Positions 32,502-44,992 of a stretch of 64,000 bases of DNA are shown here, piece after piece. The DNA is from Candidatus Eiseniibacteriota bacterium (GTDB lineage: Bacteria; Eisenbacteria; RBG-16-71-46), in assembly GCA_963717935.1 (NCBI GenBank), contig CAVQXP010000002.1, positions 1 through 64,000 of the forward strand, written 5' to 3'. Both the position numbers and the translations under genes were made by a program. Every line of letters begins with the position of its first letter. The stretch's first letter is position 1. Under the pieces are notes generated by a model. That model was not told where the DNA came from and ran no database searches. It saw nothing but the letters and a program-made list of their open reading frames with translations.

Positions 32502-34088
32502 CTATGCCTGGGCCGCCGCGGCGGGCTCGGGGTGCTTCTCGAGCCAGCGGTTGAACAGCCACATGGCGAGAGCCGAGGCGAAGCCGATCGCCATCAGGAT
32601 GATCCACCCCGCGGCGTTGTTCCACGGGACCAGCTCGAGCAATCCGTCGGGCCGCACGGTGGCGTCCCTGGCCATGACCTCGTTGAAGATGAGCGCCCCC
32701 ACCGGGCCGCCGGTCAGCGAGCCGATGGCGAGCGGCAGGTTGGCGTAGCCCAGGAAGAGCCCCTCCTGGCCCTTGGGCGCAAGCGCGCCGATGTACTCGT
32801 ACATGCGCGGCGAGGTGAACAGTTCGCCGAAGGCGATCAGCGCGACGGTGAAGATCAGGAACATCGAGCCGACCGGCAGCCAGTTCGCGGCGAGCGCCCG
32901 CAGTCCGCCGGGCTCCCAGATCGGGAAGAGGTTCAGGATCATCGCCAGGCCGATGATCACCGTCCCGATGACGATCGAGCGGATCGCCCGGACCTTGCCG
33001 AAGAACGCCGTGACCAGCAGCTGGAAGCAGACGATGATGAAGGGGTTCGCCGCCGTGTAGAGGTCCATGGCCGGCTTGGTCTCGATCACGCGCTTCGCGT
33101 AGAGCGGGAGCACGTTGTAGACCTGGTTGTAGAGGAAGAAGAAGCCGCTCATCACGATCAGGAACATGGTGAAGCGCTTGTTGCGGAGCACCAGCACCAT
33201 GTCGAGCAGGATGCGGCCGATCGAGCGGCGCGGCCTGGGAGGCGTCCCGGCGGCGACCTCCATGTCGCGATAGAAGAAGAGCACCACGAAGAACGCCACG
33301 ATCGAGGCGACGGCCGCCACCGCGAAGATGTAGGACAGTCCGGCCTCCGAGCGCGCGGTCGGAGGCGCGCGGTGGACGAGCCAGGCGATGGCGAGCCCGC
33401 CGCCGACGATCAGCGCGGCGAAGGGCAGCGCCGTCCAGGCCCGGTGCCCCTTCTGCGACTTCGACTCGACCGAGCGGTAGACCAGCAGGATCAGTGCGGC
33501 GGCCACCAGTCCGCAGATGCCCACCACGGTCAGCGTGGTGGCGAAGCTCGAGCCGGTGCGCACGACGAACGCCACGCCGCGCCCGACCAGCGAGCCGATG
33601 TTGATGATCATGTAGAAGATGGCGAAGCCCAGCGTGACGCGCGCGCCGGCGCTCTTCTGCATGGTCCCGGAGATGCAGGGCTTGATCACCGATCCGCCCA
33701 TGCCGATCAGCAGGATGGCGACGAGGACCGTGGCGATCAGCCCGGGCGAGGCCGTGAACTCATTGTGGACGACCGGCGAGAGCACCGCCCCGCCGAACCA
33801 CACCGGGTAGCCCATCAGGGCGTAGCCGGCCGCCAGCAGCACGAAGGCCACCAGCAGAGAGCGGCGGAACCCGACCTGGTCGGCGATCGTGCCCGAGAGG
33901 ATCGGCAGGAAGTAGACCAGGGTCCACAACACGCTGTTGAGGTTGGAGGGCCAGTACGCCCCGAGGCCGAGCTGGCCGAGATAGATGACCACGAAGCTGG
34001 CCATCGAGTAATACGCGGCGCGCTCGAACAACTCGGTGACGTTGGCGCTCCAGAACACGTTGGGGAACTTCGCGTGGGCTTCGGCCAT
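32502..34088 (-). CDS. MFS transporter, POT/PTR-like peptide transporter
   Basis: ELFERAAYY, GTIADQVGFR, IKPCISG, FYMIINIGSL, GELFTSPR. Confidence 0.88.
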   Translation of the reverse strand: MAEAHAKFPNVFWSANVTELFERAAYYSMASFVVIYLGQLGLGAYWPSNLNSVLWTLVYFLPILSGTIADQVGFRRSLLVAFVLLAAGYALMGYPVWFGGAVLSPVVHNEFTASPGLIATVLVAILLIGMGGSVIKPCISGTMQKSAGARVTLGFAIFYMIINIGSLVGRGVAFVVRTGSSFATTLTVVGICGLVAAALILLVYRSVESKSQKGHRAWTALPFAALIVGGGLAIAWLVHRAPPTARSEAGLSYIFAVAAVASIVAFFVVLFFYRDMEVAAGTPPRPRRSIGRILLDMVLVLRNKRFTMFLIVMSGFFFLYNQVYNVLPLYAKRVIETKPAMDLYTAANPFIIVCFQLLVTAFFGKVRAIRSIVIGTVIIGLAMILNLFPIWEPGGLRALAANWLPVGSMFLIFTVALIAFGELFTSPRMYEYIGALAPKGQEGLFLGYANLPLAIGSLTGGPVGALIFNEVMARDATVRPDGLLELVPWNNAAGWIILMAIGFASALAMWLFNRWLEKHPEPAAAAQA

Positions 34089-34201
34089 GGTGGTCTCCAG
34101 GATGCGGCGATAACGGATGCCGGGCGTTCTCCGGCTCGGCGGCGGGGCGGAGCATAGCACCCGTGTCCAGTCGGTCCGGCGGCCGGGCCGTGCGACCGAC
34201 G

Positions 34202-35674
34202 CTACTCGATGGTGCGGATGCTCAGATCCCGCCGGCCCTCTTGGTCGGAGATGATCTCGTGATCGGGGTTCGCCGGGTCCCGGATCATCCGGCCGTCCAC
34301 GAGGAAGGCGTAGGGGGTCCTGCCCGGCGGCAGCACGAAGTCGCCCGCCCAGCCGTCCGCGGTCCGCGCGAGGAACGAGAAGAGAGACCACCGCGAGATA
34401 CCGAACACACACACGAAGCGGGCGTCGCGGTATCCCTCGAGCTCGAAGCGGGCGTTCGCGGCGGGCGGACGGTCCCCGTTCAGCCGTGCCAGGAGCGTCC
34501 GCACCGCGGGCAGATAGGCCCGCCGTGCCACGGGATCGGTGGAATCCGCCGCCGCCTGGCGCTCCAGGCAGGCTCTCGCCCCTTCCGGGTCGCCGGTCAC
34601 GAGCCGCGCGAGCCCCTCGTAGAACTCGGCGGCCGGGTCCGCGCGGCCGCCCGTCCCCAGCCACTCGTCGACGAAGACACGGGCGTCGGCGAAGCGGCTG
34701 GTCCGGTACAGGGCGCCGCAGAAGATGTGGCGCAGGGCGGCCAGGCGCGCCGGTTCGGGCAGCGTGTCACGCATGCGCTCGGAGATCCGCACGGCCGCGG
34801 CGGCCCCCTTCGCCTGACAGGCGTCCCGGATCGTCACGATCGGGGCGTCGCGGAACAGCGTGCGCATGAGATAGGACCGCTTCCCCCGCGCGAGCAGGTC
34901 CTGGATCGTGAAGTGGTAGGCCTTCCGGAAGTCGCCCGCGTAGTAGAAGTAGATGTCGCCCGTCGCCAGGTTCGCGATGTTGGTGTAGACGGTGCTGACA
35001 CCCCGGCGCTGCTGGGTGGAGTCCATCACCGCCCGGAAGCTCTCGAGGCTCACGCCGCGCGCGGCAAGCATCCGTTCGGCGATGGGGAAGCGCCAGCACG
35101 TCAGGGCCCAGGGCGAGGAGCGCTGCGTGCAGACGTTGAAGTTGGTCGAGATCTGAGGGCCGGTCTGCGTCAGGCACACGCCGTCCGCGTTGACGATGGC
35201 CAGGTTCCCCAGACGGTCGGCCACGTGGAGCTGGCCGCCCAGCAGCGAGGGCAGGCGATAGGTCTCGAACAGCGCGAGGACCTCGGGCACGGTGGCGCAC
35301 GTCCTCAGCATGTGCTTCACGAAGGCGGGATCCTCCCCCGGGAAGTCCTTCTTCCTGTCCCAGTCCCGGTATTCCGACGTGGGAATCCCGGGCAGCGCGT
35401 TGAGATCGAGGAACAGGCCCCGCTCGTTGAGCCCGCCCTGCACGAACGCGTGGGGCCGGTCGTAGGGAAGGGTGTACGTGAAGGCGATCACGCCGAGCAG
35501 GCCGCGCTCGCGAGGCAGGACGTTCAGGTACGTGTCGAAATCGAACGCGTAGTCCTCGTTGTTGCCGGTCCACACGTCGCCGCCGGGGGCCCGGCCGGAG
35601 ATGATCGTGCAGGCGTCCGCGACACCGGCGAGGAGCGCGATGAGCAGGCAACAGGCGGCGAAGAGACGTCCCAC
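34202..35674 (-). CDS. Secreted Ntn-hydrolase (peptidase C45-like) with helical/TPR and C-terminal CBM48-like regions
   Basis: Signal ending ADA followed by nucleophile CTII; GNNED, GGLNERGL, STNF, TVYTNI; C-terminal LPPGRTPYAFLVDG...DPANP. Confidence 0.78.
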   Translation of the reverse strand: MGRLFAACCLLIALLAGVADACTIISGRAPGGDVWTGNNEDYAFDFDTYLNVLPRERGLLGVIAFTYTLPYDRPHAFVQGGLNERGLFLDLNALPGIPTSEYRDWDRKKDFPGEDPAFVKHMLRTCATVPEVLALFETYRLPSLLGGQLHVADRLGNLAIVNADGVCLTQTGPQISTNFNVCTQRSSPWALTCWRFPIAERMLAARGVSLESFRAVMDSTQQRRGVSTVYTNIANLATGDIYFYYAGDFRKAYHFTIQDLLARGKRSYLMRTLFRDAPIVTIRDACQAKGAAAAVRISERMRDTLPEPARLAALRHIFCGALYRTSRFADARVFVDEWLGTGGRADPAAEFYEGLARLVTGDPEGARACLERQAAADSTDPVARRAYLPAVRTLLARLNGDRPPAANARFELEGYRDARFVCVFGISRWSLFSFLARTADGWAGDFVLPPGRTPYAFLVDGRMIRDPANPDHEIISDQEGRRDLSIRTIE

Positions 35675-35843
35675 GATGGCACCTCCGGGGTGGATGGGCG
35701 CGCGGCGACCGCGCGCCGGCTCACGCCAGCGAAACCCACCCATCCGGTGTCCGTCAAGCGGGAAGCGACGAGTGCCGGTCCGGCACGACGTGTGAACGGG
35801 GCGCGGGTCGTCGCACGGCAGGGGCGGGACCGGTTCGGAGCGT

Positions 35844-38015
35844 TCAGAGGACGAGCAGGGCCGCGAGCGCGACGGCCGCCGCCAGCGCGGCGGTCGCCGG
35901 CAGGCCCAGCATCGGGATCGCGACGAGGCCCGCGACGAGCGACCCGGCGCAGCCCCCGAGCAGGTCGGCGGCATAGACGGGGCCGATGACGGTGCCCCCG
36001 TCCGGCGTGCCGTGGAGCACGGCGTAGGCGAACGCGGCGGCGACCAGGAAGCCGCAGGCGAAGAGCAGTGTCCCCGCGCCCGCGAGCGCGCCGCCGGCAC
36101 CCGCATGGAGCAGTGCCGCGCACGCGAGCCCGAGCGCGGCGAGGGCGACGAAGGCGAGCGCGCCGGCGAAGCGCCCGGTGCCGGGCCGGCGCATCAGGCG
36201 CTCCATCGCCCGCGCGCCCAGCGCCAGCCCGCCCATGAACGCCATGAGCAGCGCCCCGAGGTCCTGGTAGAGCACCCCCGAGCGCGTCTGGTAATCGAGC
36301 AGGAGCGCCGACTCGAGCAGCATGCCCGCGAAGCCCGCGGCCGCGGCGAGCAGGGCGCGGCGCGGCATGGCGTGCCGCCGCGCGAGGAGGAAGGCGAACC
36401 CGAGCAGGGCCGTCGCGGCCCACGCCCACGGCGACCGGGCCAGCGTCCGGGCCTCGACCTCCGGCAGGTCGAGGCGCCCCAGCGAAGGGAAGAAGCGCGC
36501 GAGCCAGAGCATCATCGTGGTCTGGTAGCAGACGGGCCGGGCGTCGCGATTGGCGAGCGCGGGCGTGTCGGCCAGCTGCCGCGCGATCTCCGCGAACCGG
36601 TCGTTGGTGTAGAGGTAGCGCACGTACGCCGGGGTGACGAGCCGCGTGCCGGGGTCGCGCGCGGGCAGGCGCCCGCCCAGCACCGCGGGATCCCGCACCA
36701 GCGGCGCGCGCGAGGCGAACAGGAGGCTCGTGGTGCCCGGCAGCACCACGGTCGCGGGGAAGACCTGGTGCAGCGCCCGGTGGATGCTCGCCGTGCGCCG
36801 GGCGAGCACGGGCGTCCAGAGGTTCTCGGCGCTCCTCAGGCGCAGCGCGAGCACGCCGCCGGGCGCGAGGTGAGCGGCGCAGGCCGCGAAGAACTCGCGG
36901 GTGTAGTAGCGGTTCGTGCGCCCCGACTCGGGCTCGGGCAGGCCGATCAGGATGAGGTCGTACACCTGGGCGTGGTCGAGGAAGCGGCGTGGATCGGCGA
37001 ACGCGACGTGCACGCGCGGATCCGCGAGTGCCGCCCGCTGCGGGTCCGGCAACCGCGGCGCGACGAGCGCCAGGAGCGTCGCGTCCAACTCGACGTCGTC
37101 CACGCGCGCAAGGCGGTGGCGGAGGAGCTCGAGCACCAGCCCCTGCGCGGCTCCGCCCAGGACCAGCACCCGGCCCACCGTGTCGCGCTGGACGGCGGCC
37201 AGCTGGACGAACTCCTCAGCTGCGGTGCCCTGGCTCTCGTAGGCGAGCGCGTCGTTCTCGAACACCGCGACCTGGCCGAGCGTGCCGGTCACGGTGACGC
37301 GCCCGTAGGGCGTGTCGCGCGTGGCGAGCAGGCCCGGATGGTTCCAGCGCGTCATGCCCCGGTCGAGAGCGGGCGCCACGGCCAGCAGGACGAGCGCGAG
37401 GAGGAGGCCCGCGGCGGCGGCCGGCCCGCGACCCGCCTTCGGCGGGTGCCCGGTGGGTGTCCGGCTCGCGCCCGAGCCGGGCCAGGCGGCGGCGCAGGCC
37501 GCGATCCCGCAGAGCAGCGCGGCGTCCCAGTTCTGCAGCCCCGCGGCGGACAGGAGCGTGGCGAGCAGTCCCCCGAGCAGACCGCCCGCGCTCTCGAGGG
37601 CGTAGGCGGCCGCGGGCGAGCGTCCGGTCGCGATGAACCGCCGGGCCGTCCACTGGAAGAGCAGGCCGAGCAGGAGCGAGACGGGCACCAGGCAGAGCGC
37701 CAGGGCGAGCAGTTGCCGTTCGAACGGCAGGTAGGCGCCCGGTACGCCGCCGAAGAGGATGCGCACGCCGCGCGCGAGCACGACCGCGAGCGGCAGCAGG
37801 AGCCCGAGGGCGACGAAGAGTCGCCGCACCGCGCGCTCGCCGGGCGGCTGCGCGCCACGGCCCGGGGCGGCGCCGGCGGCGGTGCCGAGGAGCCAGGCGC
37901 CCAGCCCCAGCACGAGCACCAGCTCGCTGCCGAAGAACGCGACCTCGCACTCGCGCAGCAGCACCACCTGCGCGAGCAGCGCGATGGCGCCGACGGCGAA
38001 GAGCCGGAGTCTCAT
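35844..38015 (-). CDS. Membrane-embedded spermidine-synthase-like (SAM-binding) protein flanked by TM regions
   Basis: QVVLLRE...FFGSEL, AYALESAG, DTPYGRV, VLVLGG, VELD, NRYYTREFF, YAADLLGG. Confidence 0.82.
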   Translation of the reverse strand: MRLRLFAVGAIALLAQVVLLRECEVAFFGSELVLVLGLGAWLLGTAAGAAPGRGAQPPGERAVRRLFVALGLLLPLAVVLARGVRILFGGVPGAYLPFERQLLALALCLVPVSLLLGLLFQWTARRFIATGRSPAAAYALESAGGLLGGLLATLLSAAGLQNWDAALLCGIAACAAAWPGSGASRTPTGHPPKAGRGPAAAAGLLLALVLLAVAPALDRGMTRWNHPGLLATRDTPYGRVTVTGTLGQVAVFENDALAYESQGTAAEEFVQLAAVQRDTVGRVLVLGGAAQGLVLELLRHRLARVDDVELDATLLALVAPRLPDPQRAALADPRVHVAFADPRRFLDHAQVYDLILIGLPEPESGRTNRYYTREFFAACAAHLAPGGVLALRLRSAENLWTPVLARRTASIHRALHQVFPATVVLPGTTSLLFASRAPLVRDPAVLGGRLPARDPGTRLVTPAYVRYLYTNDRFAEIARQLADTPALANRDARPVCYQTTMMLWLARFFPSLGRLDLPEVEARTLARSPWAWAATALLGFAFLLARRHAMPRRALLAAAAGFAGMLLESALLLDYQTRSGVLYQDLGALLMAFMGGLALGARAMERLMRRPGTGRFAGALAFVALAALGLACAALLHAGAGGALAGAGTLLFACGFLVAAAFAYAVLHGTPDGGTVIGPVYAADLLGGCAGSLVAGLVAIPMLGLPATAALAAAVALAALLVL

Positions 38016-38094
38016 GCCCGACCCGGGCGGTTCGTGGATCGCCCGGGCCGGGTCCCGTGCCCCGGCCGCCGCGGCCGTCGCGCGCGGCCGCGAC

Positions 38095-39675
38095 TCACCG
38101 GAACTGCGATTCCCGGAAGTGGATGCTGCGGAAGGTCCAGAACTCGGCGCCACTCTTCCACGCGTCCTTCGTGAGCCCCGCCTTGAGGCAGAGGTTCTCC
38201 ATGAGCGCCGTCTTGTCCCAGCCCTGCTCGGCCGGCACCTGCGGCAGGAACACCGCCACGCGGCCGTCCTTGCGGATCTGGACCCCGTCGCGGCCGAGGA
38301 CGACCGCGTCGGGGCCGGCGACCCGCTCGAGCGGGGTGAGCACCGAGATCTCGATCTCGAGGTCCCCGAGCTCCGCGGGCTCGACGGGCGGGAAGCGCGG
38401 GTCCTCGAGCGCGGCCGAGAGCGCCATGGCCCCGACGTTCTGCGCGAGCGGCCGGTCCCCGGCCAGGTGGCCGATGCAGCCGCGCAGCTCGCCGCGCGCG
38501 TAGAGGGTCACGAACACGCCCTGCTTCCGCCGGGCGGCGGGGGAGAAGCCGCGCGGGAGCGGCACGGTGCCGGTCGCGAACCAGCGCTCGAGCGTGCGGC
38601 GCGCCAGCCGCAGCAGCGCCCTCTGGTCGGCGGGGCCGAGCGCCGCGTCCCCCGCCGGATCGGGTGGGGGGCCGAGCGCCGCGGTGTCCGCGTCTCCACG
38701 GCCCGAGGTGAACATCACCGCGCCGTAGCCCACGACGTGCGCGGGGTCGCCCACCGGCACGTCGCCGCTGTTCGCCCGCGACAGCACGATGCCGCGCCGG
38801 GCGCCCAGCGCCCGCGCCGCCTCCATCGCCACCATGACCGCCCCCTCTCCGCAGGCGCAGGTTTCGAGGCCGCGGTGGCCGGCCCGCAACTGCGCCGCCG
38901 CGACCTGCTGCAGTGCCGCCGGATCGAGCCGCGCGATGGCGGCAAGCACGGCGCGATCCGCGGCGAGACTGCCCTCGGAGTCGGGGTAATGCGACAGGTC
39001 GCTGCTCGCCACGATCAGGACGCGGCGTCCGGCGAGCACGCGCGCCAGCGCCTGGGCGATGCGCGCCAGGGCCGGCGGGTCCTCCGTGCCGACGACCACG
39101 GGCAGGATCCTCGCATCCGGCAGCACGACCTGCGCGAACGGCACCTGCACCTCGATCGAGTGCTCGCGCTCGTGGACACGCGCATCCGAGTTGAAAGGCC
39201 CGCCCGTGGCCAGCAGCGCCGCGGCGGCCGCCGTGTCCACCTCGGCCACGCCCAGCGGCGTGCGGAAGCCCGCCCCCGGGTAGACGGAGGCGCCCGAGAA
39301 ACCCGGCGTCGTGTGGTTCGTGCCGAGGATGACGACCAGGTCGTACGCCCGTCCCGCCGCCTGGCGCCAGCCGTCGGCTGCGATCTGCCCCGAGTAGACG
39401 TAGCCCGCGTGCGGCAGGACCAGCGCGACGGGGCGCTCGTTGCGCGCCGGGACGGCGTCGGCGAGGAACGCCTTCACCGCGGCCTCGAGCTTCGCGGGCT
39501 CCTTCGGGTAGAACTGTCCCGCGACCGCGGCCGGCCGCACGCCGGCCTCCGGCGTCGTGGCCGCGGGGGAGGAACAGGTCGAGGCGCTGAAGACGAGCGC
39601 CGCGGCGAGCAGAGCCGGCAGGGCGATCCAGGGGCCCGGGCGCTTCACGAGCCGGCGCAGCGGAGGGTTCGTCAT
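38095..39675 (-). CDS. amrB: AmrB-AmrA fusion (MEMO1 plus AMMECR1 domains) with N-terminal signal-like segment
   Basis: Hydrophobic leader, VRPAAVAGQFYP, PHAGY, EHSIE, SSDLSHY, VVGY; then GVFVTL, LRGCIG, DPRFPP, EISVLTP, FLPQV. Confidence 0.9.
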   Translation of the reverse strand: MTNPPLRRLVKRPGPWIALPALLAAALVFSASTCSSPAATTPEAGVRPAAVAGQFYPKEPAKLEAAVKAFLADAVPARNERPVALVLPHAGYVYSGQIAADGWRQAAGRAYDLVVILGTNHTTPGFSGASVYPGAGFRTPLGVAEVDTAAAAALLATGGPFNSDARVHEREHSIEVQVPFAQVVLPDARILPVVVGTEDPPALARIAQALARVLAGRRVLIVASSDLSHYPDSEGSLAADRAVLAAIARLDPAALQQVAAAQLRAGHRGLETCACGEGAVMVAMEAARALGARRGIVLSRANSGDVPVGDPAHVVGYGAVMFTSGRGDADTAALGPPPDPAGDAALGPADQRALLRLARRTLERWFATGTVPLPRGFSPAARRKQGVFVTLYARGELRGCIGHLAGDRPLAQNVGAMALSAALEDPRFPPVEPAELGDLEIEISVLTPLERVAGPDAVVLGRDGVQIRKDGRVAVFLPQVPAEQGWDKTALMENLCLKAGLTKDAWKSGAEFWTFRSIHFRESQFR

Positions 39676-40598
39676 CCTCGGCTCCGGGGAGCGGGACGCA
39701 TCACGTGCGCGGGCGCGTCGAGCGCGGCCAGGTCCGCGCCGGGCTCGCCCGCGGTGAACAGGACCGCACCATAGCCCACGACGCGTGCGCGGTCGCCCGG
39801 CGGAGCGTCGCCGCTGCTGGCGTGCGAGAGCACCGCGCCGCGCGTGGCGCCGAGCGTCCTCGCGGCCGCCAGCGCCGTGAGCACCGGCGCCAGGCCGCAG
39901 GCGCAGGTGTCGAGCCCGCGGCGCCCGGCGCCCTCCTCGCGGGCGATGGTCTCGCGCAGCCCGTCCGGGTCGAGCCGTGCCATGGCGGCCAGCACCGCGC
40001 GGTCCGCGGCGACGGCGTCCTCGTAGGAAGGGAAGTGCGAGAGGTCGCTGCTCGCCACGATCAGCGCGCGGCGGCTGGCGAGCACGTTCGCGAGCGCCAC
40101 GCCCAGCCGGGCGCACAGGTGCGGGTCCTCGTCGCTGACGATCACGGGCAGGATGGGCACGCCGGGCAGCACGGTCTGCACGAACGGCAGCTGCACCTCG
40201 ATCGAGTGCTCGCGCTCGTGCGGCGCAGGGTCCGAGGAGCAGTCGCGGTCGGCGGCGAGCAGGGCGGCGGCGGCCTGCTCGTCCACCTCCACGACGCCGA
40301 GCGGCGTGCGGAAGCCGCTGCCGATGAAGACCGAGACGCCGGTGAAGAAGCCGGCGGTGTGGTTCGTGCCGAGCAGGACGACCAGATCGTAGCGGTGGCC
40401 CTGGGCCTGCCGCCAGGCGTCGGCGGCGATCAGCCCCGAGAAGGCGAAGCCCGCGTGCGGGACGACCATCGCGAGGGGGCGCCCGCCGCGCGGCGGCAGC
40501 GCCACCGCGAGCAGGGCCCTCACGTCGGCCGCGAGGCGCCGCGGCTCCTGCGGGTAGAACGAGCCCGCCACCGCGGGCGGGCGCACCGGCTGTCTCAT
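39672..40598 (-). CDS. amrB: AmmeMemoRadiSam protein B (MEMO1 family), no signal peptide
   Basis: VRPPAVAGSFYP, PHAGF, EHSIEVQLPF, SSDLSHF, CACG, VVGY. Confidence 0.92.
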   Translation of the reverse strand: MRQPVRPPAVAGSFYPQEPRRLAADVRALLAVALPPRGGRPLAMVVPHAGFAFSGLIAADAWRQAQGHRYDLVVLLGTNHTAGFFTGVSVFIGSGFRTPLGVVEVDEQAAAALLAADRDCSSDPAPHEREHSIEVQLPFVQTVLPGVPILPVIVSDEDPHLCARLGVALANVLASRRALIVASSDLSHFPSYEDAVAADRAVLAAMARLDPDGLRETIAREEGAGRRGLDTCACGLAPVLTALAAARTLGATRGAVLSHASSGDAPPGDRARVVGYGAVLFTAGEPGADLAALDAPAHVMRPAPRSRG

Positions 40599-40602
40599 CG
40601 CG

Positions 40603-41853
40603 TCAGCTCCACACGCCCGGGATCGCGCGGGCGCAGTGCTCGCAACGTCCGTCCTTCAGGTGCATTCCGGTCACGAACAGCCCATCGCGCTCGATCACCG
40701 TCCTGCCGCACTTCGGACAGTAGGTGTTGTTCCCCGGGTGTCCCGGCACGTTGCCCACGTACGCGAAGTGCAGGCCCTGCTGCAGGCCGATCTCCCGCGC
40801 GCGCTCGAGCGTGGCCACGGGTGTGCCCGGGAGGTTGGGCAGCTGGTAGTCGGGATGGAAGCGCGTGAAGTGGACGGGCACGTCGGGCCCGACCTCGCCC
40901 ACGATCCACTTCGCGAGTTCGGTCAGCATCCCGGGCGAGTCGTTGAGCGTGGGCACGACCAGGTTCACGATCTCGAGGTGCACGCGGCTCTTCGCCACCT
41001 GCCGGATGCTGCGCAGCACGGGCTTCAACTCCGCTCCGCACACGTCGCGGTAGAAGCCCTCGCTGAACCCCTTGAGGTCCACCTTGATGGCATCGAGCAC
41101 CTCGCACATCTCGGCCAGCGGTGATTCGTTCATGTAGCCGCACGAGATCAGCACCGAGCGCCGGCCGAGCGGCCTGCCCGCCCGCGCGATGTCGGTCAGG
41201 TACTCGGTGAAGACCGTCGGCTCGTTGTAGGTGAAGGCGATGACCGGCGCCCGCCGCTCGACCGCGGCGCGTGCGAGGCTCGCGGGGGGCAGCGGCGCCT
41301 GAGCATAGTCCTCGGGGCGGGCCTGCGAGATCCCCCAGTTCTGGCAGAACTTGCAGCGCAACGGGCAACCGCTTGTCGCCAGCGAGTATGCGGCCGCTCC
41401 CGGCAGGAAGTGGAAGAACGGCTTCTTCTCGATCGGGTCCACGTGGATGGCCATGGGCCGCCCGTAGACCAGGCTCCTGAGTTCCCCGTTGACGTGGATG
41501 CGCGCCCGGCACATGCCGCGCTCGCCCTCGGCCAGCGTGCAGTCCCGCGCGCACAGCGTGCAGCGGATGAGCGCGCGCCGGTGCGCGGGCTTCACGCCCG
41601 CGGCGAGCGAGCCCGCCGGGTGACAGGCCGCGCAGTCGGCCCTGCCCGCGGTGGCGGTGGAGACCCAGTAACGCGCCCGCGGCGCGGCGCGGACCAGGTC
41701 CGCGAGCAGGTCGTTCGCGGCGCAGGCGGGCTCGAGCGGGAGCGGGAGCCACCCGTGCGACCCGGAGAGCAGGGTGCTTCCCGCCAGCAGGGCCCCGCAG
41801 GTGGCGCAGGTCCTCAGCAGGAAATCACGGCGGGTGGATGTGCGTCGGGACAT
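40603..41853 (-). CDS. amrS: AmmeMemoRadiSam radical SAM enzyme with twin-arginine signal
   Basis: TRRDFL leader; CTLCARDC, DPIEKKPFFHF, CPLRCKFC (CxxxCxxC), FTYNEP, HFTRFHP, YVGNVPG, CPKC, CEHC. Confidence 0.92.
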   Translation of the reverse strand: MSRRTSTRRDFLLRTCATCGALLAGSTLLSGSHGWLPLPLEPACAANDLLADLVRAAPRARYWVSTATAGRADCAACHPAGSLAAGVKPAHRRALIRCTLCARDCTLAEGERGMCRARIHVNGELRSLVYGRPMAIHVDPIEKKPFFHFLPGAAAYSLATSGCPLRCKFCQNWGISQARPEDYAQAPLPPASLARAAVERRAPVIAFTYNEPTVFTEYLTDIARAGRPLGRRSVLISCGYMNESPLAEMCEVLDAIKVDLKGFSEGFYRDVCGAELKPVLRSIRQVAKSRVHLEIVNLVVPTLNDSPGMLTELAKWIVGEVGPDVPVHFTRFHPDYQLPNLPGTPVATLERAREIGLQQGLHFAYVGNVPGHPGNNTYCPKCGRTVIERDGLFVTGMHLKDGRCEHCARAIPGVWS

Positions 41854-41944
41854 GGCCGCGCCTCGCTCGGATGGGAGCGTAGCGCAGCCGACGGGTCCGG
41901 TCCACGGGGCGGCGGGAGCGTGCGGCGCCCGCGGCGTGGTCCCC

Positions 41945-44659
<2,715 letters not shown>

Positions 44660-44724
44660 GGGCTCTCGTCGGAATGTGACGGACGCGGTGCGAGGATCCA
44701 CCGCGGGCCACGGGGTTGCAGCGG

Positions 44725-44752
44725 TTATCGGCCCCGCGGGCTCGCGGCTTGA
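44725..44752 (-). promoter_or_regulatory. Sigma28 (FliA)-like promoter upstream of the hybrid kinase
   Basis: TCAAG-N15-GCCGATAA on the minus strand; the -10 is a perfect consensus and the spacer is one base longer than usual. Confidence 0.55.
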
Positions 44753-44992
44753 CCCGGGAACCCGAAGGCCTTTCGGGCCACGGCCCGCCCGGGCGGGCCG
44801 CCCTCAGGCCGCCGGCGGGGCCGCCGGCACTCGGGTGGATGCCACGCCCCGGCCCTGGCGGCGCGCGGCGTTTCGAACGCGCGCGGGAGCGGACCGCCAG
44901 GGGTGGTCCCGGCCATGCCGCACGCATCCGCCTTCCAGGGTCGGCGGTCACGACGTCCGCTCGAGTCCCGGCCTCGGCCCTCCCCGCCCGGA

